From assembly GCA_001643675.2 (NCBI GenBank), contig LSRY02000030.1, positions 372,001 through 436,000 on the forward strand: DNA of 64,000 nucleotides. The letters are read 5' to 3'. Below, in pieces: positions 49,920-61,900 of the stretch. How positions within the stretch are numbered: position 1 is the stretch's first letter; every line of letters begins with the position of its first letter. Origin of the DNA: Monocercomonoides exilis PA203. Lineage: Eukaryota > Protista > Preaxostyla. A program made the translations under genes and the position numbers. The notes beneath the pieces are model-generated. The model searched no databases and had not been told where the DNA came from. It worked only from the letters and a program-made list of their open reading frames with translations.

Positions 49920-52900
49920 ATGGGCGGAAGCTATTTCTCGTTTTGTTTGATTACATTAATTTTCATCCTGGATTGGTCGGTTCAGCTGGATTTTGATGAA
50001 ACAACCGCAAGACAAGTTTCATGCATTCATGGGTACTCCTGCCGTTCACTTTCTCAACTGGGTGATGAGAATATTGCCTGCAACAAAAAAGATAGCGCAA
50101 TTTCAAGATTGTTTCACAAAAGACAATATTCCTCAGCTCAAAGACATTGCAGCATTCAGTTTCACTTGGATTTGGTCAATGCGTCTCTTTCGGCCTCTGA
50201 AGTGATTTTTCTTCAAAACACATCGACGCTCATGCAAATCGACAAGTTCAGCATTGTTTATTTGTCTGGCTGCACCTTCATTCAGAAAGGAAGAAATGCT
50301 ATTTCAACAGTTCATTCAAGTTTTGGCAAAGTGTTATTTTCAAATATTTCAGCAAATAACGAGCACTGCCAAGGATTGCTGACTCCTCTGACAACTTCGC
50401 CCAGTTCAGACAATTCGTTTTCTCCCGATGGATTCGTTGGCGTGACAAAATCAAGCTTTTGCAGTGTTTCTCTTCGTTGCAGGCCGTTCATTGCTTGTTC
50501 AGCGATGCATCAAATCAGCTTATCGTCTTCGATTCTTTGCAACATATCGACAACTCAAGCAGGAACCGGGGTTCAAACAAATGAAAATGGGCCTCAGTGT
50601 ATCAGCACGATTTATTCTTGCGTTTTCGAGACAGTCAGCGGTGTTTACACAAATGGAATCGCGCCAGGCGTGGAAGGACTTGGGCTTGAGTTGTTCAACA
50701 ACACACATCAAAAATGCAAAAACGAAATGACAAAGGGGGTGCGCAGAACAGAAGCGATTGACACCACCATATCATATGAGGAATTTGCAAATATGACAAC
50801 CCCAATACCAGAAGGAAAAATTGGTATACATGGAAATGAACCAGATATTTGTGGAAGTTGTATATTAATGTTCAATAATATTAATGCATCATTAAAAATA
50901 TCTCATTCAACTTTTTGTAACTGTTCTGCTTCATATATTGGTGGAGCATTATCAACCTATCTTATTGGATCTTTGATTATTTCGAATTGTTCATTCAACA
51001 ATTGCAAATCAGCTTCATTTGGTGGAGCTGTTTTTGCAAGAGCAATTCGGCAATGCTACTCTTTTTCTGATTCAGAAATAGATAATTGTGCATCAGGTAC
51101 TGGAGGAGGAATAGTTGTTTATGATGGAGTTCAACAAAATACAGATTGTGTTGAAGCGTCTGAAGATGGCAAAAAATTCATGTGCCACAACAGCAGTTTT
51201 ATCGTTAGCTCAACAGCAAATTATGGAGGCGGCATTTCTTTATTTGGTTCAGTTACAGAAATGTTTCTCATGAAAAGTTGTTTTTTCTCATGTTGTACTG
51301 CCAAGAACAATGCAAAGGGGGGAGGGATATATGTGAAAATTGACAATCATAGAACAACAGATCCGAAAATATTTTTCTTTTGTTTTTTTGCAAATAACAT
51401 GGCAGGAACAGAGACCGGAGGAAAAGATGTATTTTTGAACGATACAAATGGAAAATGTGTGAATGAATCTCCGTTTGTGTGGTCATGCACGCTCACTGAT
51501 GGAGGATCGCAACTCATTCATTGCAATGCAAGCTGCCATGCGAATGATGAATGGCTGCCGTATGGGGTCAGCTCAAGGATTGTGGAGGAAGAGAATGGGG
51601 AAGACAGTGATTTGTGCGGATGCTTTTCGAACGAAGTGTGCCAGACAATGAAGCATGCGATAGAAAACAGCATGACGACTCAGAGCTGCGCAATCACAAT
51701 GCTTTCTCATGTGCACACATTGTTTGCAACTGATGGGGTGGCAGTGAACTCGAAGAAAGCAGTTGTGAGAGGGGAAGGTGAGGAGTCGACATCTCTTGAA
51801 GTCAGCCAGATCGATGCGATGCGAAGTCTTTTTGAAGTGACAAGTGGCTCACTGACAGTGGAGTTGCTCCACATTGCTTTTGCCTCTGATCCAAAGTCAT
51901 CTCTTGCGAGAGTGAGCGAAAATGAAGGAGAATTGATTCTGACGAGCTTGGAAATCGATTCTGGAAGCGAGTCATTGGGAAGAGAGTTTGAGAGTCCGCT
52001 GGTGGTGATGGCTGGAGGTCATTTGATTGTGTCTGACAGCAAAATCAGATTCTTCAAGCTCACTGAATGTTCGCTGCTGACCATGCCAGTTGGATCGTAT
52101 GTCCAGATGAGCAATACGACGATTGCAAATATCACGCGGAGTCAGGGAAGTGGGAGTGTGTTGGAGCACACTTTTGGGGAAAGAGAATGGCTTCGGATGG
52201 ATGGATGCATTGTTGAGAACTGCAGAAGCAAGGATGATGGAGGATGCTTCAAGATCGATGTTGGTGAAGAGAATGGGATTGAGCTTCGGAATTCGAGTGC
52301 AACAAATTGTGCGTGCTCGACTGAAAACGGAAAGGGGGGATGGCTGTGTGCAGGAACAGTCAAACTGAGCACTCAGATGGTGATTGGCGGAATGAAGTTT
52401 TCAGGCTGTGAAGGGTGGAAAGGGAAGTGCGTGTTTGTGGAAGCGCCAGAGCTTGCAAGGATTGTCAGCAAAGCCTCGTTCAACTTCAGCATTGATGGGA
52501 TGAGTGATGAAGATCTGATGGGATATGAAGGAGGGAACCGAGGATTTGATGTGTGCTTGTGGGTGTATTTTGTCGATGTTGTGTCGCCTGGGTATGTTGG
52601 AGGAGGCACAGCGCATGATTTCTCAGGATGTGGGGTTGAGAGATATCCATGCAGCACAATAAGCAAATTGGTGAATGTGAGGCATCGTGGAATTCCGAAG
52701 GCAATTGTTATCTGCGCTCCATTTGAATGTACAGAGCCAGTGGCAATGAACACAGATGAATGGGATGTCAGAAGCGAGACGAATGAGAGTTTTATCGATA
52801 TTGGGTTTGGTGGAGATGCTTCTTCGGAAGGACTGATTGAGACGAGTGTGAGATGCAGTTTCAGAGACATTTCATTTGAAGCAGTTGCAAAGCGTGAAGA

Positions 52901-55900
52901 TTCGCACACAAGTGTGTTCATATGTGCTGATAGCGCGTTGACGCTGACACGCATTTCTGTGAAGGCCAAGGAAGAAGGGGGAGAATTGAACTATGGGGTG
53001 GTGTTTGGAAAGAAAGGAGTGATCTGCATCTCTTCTTTTTCGATCAAAAATGTTCAATTCGCTTCAGCAGCAATGTTTGGTGTCAGTGGGGAGAATGCTC
53101 ATTGCCGGGTGGAAGGCATTTCATGCTTGGAGTGCAGTGTGAGTGGAGAAAGAAATTTGATAGAAATTGGCGAAGGGGCATGCTTCTCGATGAACGATTC
53201 GAGCATTGGAACAGAGACGATTATTGAAAACAGCGGAATAGCAGTTGAGGAAGGAAAAGAGGTGGAAATGAGAAATGTCTCAGTGAAGGGTATTCGCAGG
53301 AGGAAAGGAGATGGAGGAGGATTGCGAGCGAGAAGCCACAACAACGTGATGCCATCCTCATCGATCATTGTTGATAGCTGCAGCTTTGAGGAATGCGAGG
53401 TGAATGAGGGAGGCAAAGGAGGTGGGGGGATGTGGATATCTGCTGGACCACCTTCAGTTGTGAGAGTTAGTTCATGCTCATTTCTTTCATGCACAGCCCC
53501 ATTTGATGAGTCAGTGGGATTTGGTGGAGGGATTTTCTTTTCTTTGACAAGTCCGACAACAGACTATGTGATAAGTGGGCCAATCTTTACAGCAGATCAG
53601 AAGAACCGTGCGAGATATGGAACGGACTTGTTTGTGGAGTCAGAGAAACTGGGTGTCAGCACAACGAATACAACGCTTCCCTTTTTGAAAGACATGCCTC
53701 TTGATGATGTGAATTCGATGTGTGGGTATGATGGGGATGACAAGACGAATGTGATTTCTCTGTTGTATTTTATCTTCGATGTGGGGGATACCATTCACGT
53801 CTCTTCTGCAGCAGGGCTGGATGTTGCACCGTGTGGGTTTGCTGCATATCCGTGCAAAACAATTCAGAAATCTCTCCAGCGGCAGGAAGGGAGTTCCAAG
53901 AGCATGATGCTTCATGGTGATTATGAATTGTTGGAAGATGTGCTGCTGTGTGAGGAGGGAAGAGTTGAAATGAAAGGAACAGAAGGAAGGAGCATTGTGA
54001 ATGTGAAAGGAGGCGATACAGCATCAGTGGGGGTTATCACATTGGCAGAAAGTGAAGGAGTGGAGTCAATGATTGCGTTGCTCTCATTCAGGGTTGGAGG
54101 GAGTGTAAAGCAGCACATAACCTTGATGTCACAAGAATCAGCTGGGAGTCTTCGAGTGAGTTTATGTGATTTTGCCCAACAGCCAGGAGAAGCAATTGTT
54201 GGCTATTCGCTGTTGAGGTGCATGAATGGGCAAGTGGAGATGAAGAGTGTGGAGATCAGAAGTGTTCGATTCAGCATGTCGCAGATCATCATATGCGAGC
54301 AGAATGCGATTGCTTTGTTGGAGAACGTTTCTGTGCAAAACACATCAACCACATCATCTGATGGGCTTGTCAAACTGGGTTCGATGTCTGTGGCAATGTC
54401 AATGAAGCGTTGCACATTTGAATCCCAAGCAGAGAAGTTGAGCTGTGTTGTTGTGAGATGTGAAAGCGCAAAGACTGTTGAGCTGGAGAATTGCACATTT
54501 AGCAACTATTCTGAGCACAATGGAAATGGAAGTGCAGTTGAATGCAAAGTGAGGGCAGGGAGCAGGGTGATGATTGTGGGAGGGAAGGCAAGCCATTGCG
54601 GATGCATTGGAGGATTTGGAGGAGGGATATTTGCACATGTGGAAATGGATGGGAAGTTTGGAGTTGGGAATTCGAGTGAAGAGATCACAGAGATGGCAAA
54701 TTGCCGAGCCGAAGCACAATCTCGAAGAGGAGGATTTGGAGGAGGGATAAGTGTGAGTGTGGATGAAGGATTCAGCTTATTTGCGATTGAGAATGTGGGC
54801 TTTTCTGAGTGCTCGGCATCGCAAAATGGGAAGAATGTATTTGTTGAGGCGTGGAATCTGAGCAAAGCAGTGACTGTGCAGACGTTGAATTTTGGATTTA
54901 ATACGGCAGTTGGAAGTGCAGATTTGGGTGAGTTGTGTGGGTTTGAGAACGAAAATGCGTTGTGTCCAATTCCTCTGGCGTTGTTTTTCAGAAAATTTTC
55001 TGGGCGGTGCTATGTGGGAGGAGGTGGAGTGGACTATCGGTTATGTGGGTATCAGGACTATCCATGCCAGACAATAGGATATGCAGGGGCTTCAAAATTC
55101 AACTCATCCGCAGCCAGCATTATTTTGCAGTCGACATTCACATTCAGAGACCAACTTCTGTTTGACTCACAGGATTATGAGATATTTGGGGAAGAAAATG
55201 CCACGATGATGAATGTGGCTGGTGGAGAGGGTGAGAAGGAAGAAGGGCTCATCGAGGTGAGGCGAACAGTTGGGGTTGGGCAAATCACTTTCAGGCATCC
55301 AGCATCGTTGGGATCAAATCGAAGCAGCCTGATGCTGTGTGATGGAGGAACGCTGAATGTTGTTGACTGCTCATGTGAGCTCAACTCAGGATCAGGGCTG
55401 GACTGTTCGTTCAGCTATTTTGTGTGCAAAGGAGGGCAATTGGGGATTGAGCGGTTTGAAACGAAGAATATCAAATTTGGCTTTGTTCCTTTGATGGTTG
55501 TTCGCAAAAGCGAGAGCATCGAAGCAAGAGTGTTGATGAGAAGTGTGAGCTTGGAGAATGTGTCAACGAAAAGCGAAGCAGGCGTTGTTGAAGTTGATGG
55601 TGCAGATAAGTTTGAGATGAATAATTGTTCAGCGAGTGCATCGACATGTGAGAGCTGTTCACTTGTTTCTGTTGCGAGGGTGAAAACGATGATGATGGGA
55701 AACAGCACAATGAGTGACTTTCAGCGGACAAATGGGTTTGGAGGAGTTGTTGTTGCGGTTGTGGAAGAAGGCGAAAAGACGATGATTGAAAAGTGCACGT
55801 TTGAAGGATGCAGCATTGAGGCAGCAAATATGAAAGGGGGTGTTGGTTATGTGAGTGTTGGAGGGGGAGGTGAAGTTGTGTTTGACTCAAACACCATCAG

Positions 55901-58900
55901 CAACAACAGTGTGGATGGAGAAACGGGGTTTGGAGGAGGGTTGCATGTTGAGCTGGAAGCAAGTGAGGTGAAATACTCATTCAAAAAAGATGAGTTTGAA
56001 GGGAACGAGGCAAAGAAGGGGAAGCATCTTTATCTGATCTGCCCATTGCCAAGGGAGACTGTTGATCCGTTGAGATTTGATTCTTCGTTCAGGGAAGACA
56101 TGAGAAATGAAGATGTGTGGGTGAAGAGCGGAGGCGATGGTCCAGCGGTGGATGAGACACTGAAGAAATATCTGTTTGCATCGAGTGAGGAGATAATGTT
56201 TGTGGACGATGCAACGGGGGATGATCGGGAAACGTGTGGAACAGTACTGTATCCGTGCAAGACTGTGGACGATGGGTTTTTGAAGATGAAGAGCAACCAG
56301 ACCACGATCCACGTTGTTGGGGCAGCTGTGCTTGGAGGAAGAATAGATCGAAATGGGACATCGCTCACTGTGCGAGGAGCAGCAGAGACATCCACGATTG
56401 ATGTTGAAGATGGAGGATGCATTGTTCTGAAAAAAGGAAAAGGAACAACAACACTCACATTGAGTTCGCTGAGAGTTATTCTCCCGGGCAGAGCAACAGA
56501 ACAATCGCTTGTGGCTGTGAGTGTGGGAAGGATGACGATTCGGGACTCGAATGTGGAAGGGAAAGAGGCGAATGGAAAAGAAACAGACATGTGGGTTGGG
56601 ATTGCCGAAGGAGGGGAGATGCAACTGGTGAATGTGAGTGTGAAGGATGTTGTGGAAAGGGGGAAGAAGGGAGTGGTTCTGATGAAGGGAGGGGAGCTGT
56701 ATTGTGAAGCGTTGAAATTGAAGGAGATCTCAGCAGATGGAGAGGGGCTTATATGGGTGGGAGAGGATGCAGATGCATCGTTGAATCACTTTGCAGCAGA
56801 AAATTGCGAAGTGGGCAGTGGCTCGATTGTTTGCTTGAAAGGGGTGGGGGGGATGTGTTCTGTGAGTGAAAGCAGATTTGAGAACTGTTCGAAACTTCAT
56901 GGAGATGGAGGAGCAATTTGGTGTGAGATTGGAAAAGGAAAGATGACGATGAATGGAACAGTGTTTGATTCGTGCTCAGTCGATGCTTTGAATGGCTATG
57001 GAGGAGCAGTGTATATGAAGGATGTTGGAAACACGAATCATGACTTTGTGTTTTCAGATCTGAACTTCATGGGAAATGGTGCCTTTGTGGGGAAAGATAT
57101 GTTTGTGATGGCGAACAGTCTGAATGAATCGATTGCTCCATCAAAATTCATTTTTGAGTATTTTGACGATGTGGGCAGTGTGATTGCAGATCTGAAGGGG
57201 ATGGATGCAGACTTGTTCAGTGGTGAGCCGATTGATCTTTTGCTGCTTTTGAAGGAAGCTCAACTGAGCACTGTTCACATCTCTTCTGAGGGAATGGACA
57301 TTCTGGGATGTGGAATGGAAGAGCATCCGTGCGCCTCTTTTTGGCGAGCATATAGAAATCTGAATGCATTGGAGAGAAACAGAAATGTTGTTGTTTATGA
57401 ATCGACAATGGTTGACAATCATTTTGACGTTTCATCGTTGTGTGTGAAGTCAAAGCAAGACGACCAATATGCAATGGTTGCGATGAAAGAAAACATCACA
57501 GAAACAAAGGATGAATGGATATTCTTGAATGAAGAGGAAGCACGGTTCGAGAGGATAATGCTCGCTGTTCCATCGCGTTTCAGCAGCAACATCGAGACTC
57601 TGATACTGTCGAGACCAGAAAGTGGGAGCATGACCTTGCTGAGCTGTTCATTTGGAAGCATCAACTCCACCAACAATCCAGTGGAGTTCAACCTGATTCG
57701 ATCTGAAAGTGGGCTGGTGTCTGTTGATGGGTGCTCAGTTGACATCCGTTTGTTTGCAAGAGTTCCATTTGAGTTTCATTCGTCAGTGAGTTTGAATGGA
57801 TTGAATGCGACAAATATTCAAGTGTCTTCGAGCACAACAGGAGGAGCCATGCATGTTGTTCTGATGAGCAGAGAAATGTTCAATGTTAACAGAACAAATG
57901 TTGTGAACTGCAGCTGCTCCACAACTTTGGGGAGAGGTGGAGGACTGTATGTGGACTGCTCACAGTCACAGGCTGACACACCTATTAGCTTCTGTGAAGG
58001 AGTTGCAATACAAAAGAATGAAGCGTTTATTGGTTCGGATTTGTTTGTTGCTTCATTTGATTTGAACAAGACTGTCACCCCAACAACCCTTATGTTTTCA
58101 TTTGATGATGCGAAACACTCGCCAACGATGTTTTGTGGAAGTGACAAAGAGCACACCGACACGGATCTTTTCCGCTTTTTGGAGGGGTTCAGAAATGCAA
58201 AGGTGTTTGTATCTTCAAATGGTTACGATGTGATGAGGTGTGGAAGCGAAGAAGATCCGTGCCAGACTTTGTGGAAAGGAATGGGGCAGATTGAAACAGG
58301 GTCTGAGCAGAAAAAACTTTTGATTGATGGTTCGATAGAAATGGCAAACAGATACGACTTTTCAAACTTTGTGTTTGAGCCTCCGTGTGATGCTGTTGAG
58401 GAGCACAAGCGATCGGTGCTGCAGATTGTTAACCATCATGATGGAGAAGAAATATTGGGGATGAATGAAAGGAATATTTCTTTCAACAAGATAGACATGG
58501 AAGTTTTCGAAGATGTCTGGAACAGGGCTGGAGGAGTGTTTGTGAGCGAAAATGGAGTGCTTTCGTTCAGTGATTGCTCACTCAAGTCAATTGTCAGTGC
58601 AGAAAAGCAGATAGAAATATGTTTTGTTCAACTCAAGAGTGGAGTGCTTGATGCAGAAAAGTTGATCATTGAAAGCATGAGAATGAAGCAATCGATTGTT
58701 ATGATTGAAGTGGGAAGCAATGCATATCTCAAAGATATTGAAGTGAAGTCCTGCATGCTTGTGGAAGGGTGTGTTGTTCAGATCGTTCACAAAGTGGCAG
58801 AGACGAAAAATGGAGATGGCTCCGTGATTGAAGTGAATGGAAGTGTGTTTGGGTCAATAACAAGAAGCGGGATGGGATCAAGTGTGCTGGAAAGTGGGGA

Positions 58901-61900
58901 TAACTGCGAGGTGTTGATGAAAGCAAACAACAGTGTTTTCGAGCTTTGCCGATCGAGCGAGTCAAGAAGAGGAGGGGTGATGTGCTTTGAGCTGAACAAC
59001 GAAGGTTCGTTTGTGATGAGCAATTCGAAGGTGATGCAGTGTGGGTGTTCGACAGAAAGCGGGCGAGGGGGTGGCATGTATTTGAGTTCGCATCTGAGTG
59101 GCAAGCTTTTATTTCTATTCCAGGGGATGAAATTTGAAGGAAATGTGGCAGAGACAGGGAAGGATATTTTTGTTGAGTGCACGAACATATCGGAACAGGT
59201 TAACGAAAGCCAGTTCCGAATGGATTTGCGGGAGGGGGTCTTCAACAGGATTGGGGCGATCTATGGGATTGATCTGCTCCACTCTGAGCCAGTGGATCTG
59301 ATCTCGTTCATCACAGTTTATCAATCGTCGATCATATTTGTGAATGGGAAGGATGGAAAAGGGAGAAACGACCGGCAGTGCGGGAGCTCTCGCGAGCCGT
59401 GCATGAGCATTGGATATGGATTTGACCATCTGGTGTTTGAGGATATTGTGCTGTTGGTGATCGATGGAGAGGGTGTTATTGAGAAAGAGCTGGATCTGGA
59501 TGAGATCAGTGTTCAATCTCGCTCGAGAAGCACATCCAAGATATCCTTTGACGCAAGAATAAGCGCATCACGCGAGTATCTTCTTCAAACAAAGGAACAT
59601 GTGGAGCTTTCTTATTTGGAGTTCTTGTATCCATCCAGAGGCGCATTCTGCCACAACGCTTTTCTCTGCTCGTCCAGCGGCTCGATCGTGATATCTTCGT
59701 GTATCTTTCACTCAGATGATGATGCTGGATCGTGTTCAATTTCAGAAGTGATGAGATTGGCAAACTGCAATTGCACAGTTGAGCACTGCAGCATAGAGAA
59801 CATCATTTGTGAGAAAATATGTCAGTGCGAAAATGCAGAAGTGAGCATAAGTGATCTTCGATTGAATCATATTGACACAAAGAGTTGCTTTTGTTTCAGC
59901 GGAGATCAGCCAAATTCTGTTCTGATAAAGGAATTGGTAGTTGAGAATACTGTTTGCAGAGGAAACATGCTTTTATTTTGCGATGATTCATATGCAGAGA
60001 GCGGACAATTCATTCAAGAAAATATTGTTTTATCGCTGTGTCGATTCAAAAACATTTCAATGGAAGGGTCAAATGGATCTGTTTTGATGATGAACTCACA
60101 CTCTCACACTTTCAGCATGGCAAATTGTTCGTTTTCAGAATGCCGAACGAGTGTCGAAAAGGGGGCACTTGCCACATTTTCTGGTGTATCATCGGTCTTA
60201 ATTGATTCGTGTGTTTTTGAAGGGCAGACAATGACAAATTGCAACGAATTGGCTTCATCAAGAGAGATTTGTCACTGGAACGGATCATTGGTGGATATGT
60301 GCAACAGTTCAGGAACTTTTGAAGACACAACGATTTCGAAAGGCAATTTTGGAGGAATGACGATATTTGGAGGGGATGTGACGATAAGTGAAAGTGAGTT
60401 TGTGCTCAACAACCCCTCTATTGAGGGATATCCATCAGCTCGAAGGAATGTGATTTGTGAAGGGAATGGGGAGTTGGATGTTGTGAGTGTGAAAGGGGGA
60501 GATGGAATGTTGCCAAATACATCATTGTGGATATTGGATGAGAGATGCGAATTGGGAGGGATAGCAACTGAAAGAGGATCATCATTTTTCATCCCCATTT
60601 TGGAAGAGGTGAAGAACACAACACAGCCAAATGGGGATGTGGAGTTGATGATTGTGGGAAAGCTGCTTCTGCCATGTGATTTGTCGGTGAAGATGAGCAT
60701 GAAAAATGGGGATGAAGAGGAGATTGTGAGAAAGGGGATTGAAGAAGAAGGGTTTGTGTCAGAGAATGAGATTCACGCATTCATTTCATGTTCAGAACTG
60801 GAGAAAGTGAGAGAAGAGACAGAAGTGAGTGTGTGGATTGTGTTTGGAAAAGCTGATTCCCTTTCATCAACAGAGCCATATATCCTGAAGAACAGGAGTG
60901 AAAGTGCTGGAAAAGGAGATGAAAAACTTGTTAAAGGAGAGAAAGAAGGAAAGTCTCATTGGTTGTTGATTGTTATTGTGCTTGTTGTGATATTATCGAT
61001 TATTCTTGTTATTGCTGTTGTTCTGGCTGTTCGGTGGAGAAAGCAAAAGAGAAGAACGAAGGAATTAGAAGAGATTGTGAATGATACAGTGAGGAAGGAT
61101 CCGAAGGCATTCGAGATGGTGACGATGGAGATGTCTCCAGAGGAGCAGTGGAGGAGAGCAGAGAGGGAGGCAGAAAAGAAGAATGAAGAAAGGATAAAGA
61201 AAAGAATATATGAGACGAATATGGAACATTCAGAGTCATCAGAGCATCTTCTGTCAGAGAGCGGATCAACTGAATACATATTGGGAAGAGGCTCAGACAA
61301 GATTCCTCAATGGATGTTGGAGAAAGTTGATGAGAATGAGGAGGAAGAAGAGACAAGAAAGAGAATACCATCACCATCGATCTCATCCACTTCAACAACT
61401 GATTCAGACTCAACTTTTGTTCGATCAGAGAGTCTGTGTCCAACCACCTCATCGATGTCGAATCTGGTGGATGCGATGGCCTGCTCGTCTCCTCATGAGA
61501 AGCTGATTGTGGACTTGAGGGATTCACTGTTCATGTTGTTGCATGGGCTGAACAAGACAAAGGAGATGGCGATTGGGACTCTGCAGGAGAGGGAGCAGAC
61601 AGCTGCTCAGATCCTGTTCTGGGTGGCCAATCTCGCACTCCACTCCTTTGATGAGATGGAAAATGGATTATCTTCTCTTTCCACTCTGAGCCCTCATATT
61701 GTTCTATTTTCTGAGCACATGGTGATCTGCATTGTGATGCACTCCGACTTCTCATCTGATGATGATTCAGACTCATCATCCATATCTTCATCAACTGTTG
61801 TGACATCTGCCAGTGATGATGATAGCGAATACTCTCTTCCTTCATCAGCGTTTGAGGATGATGAATACAACAGAAAAGAGTGTTTGAGGTGGATGGCGCC

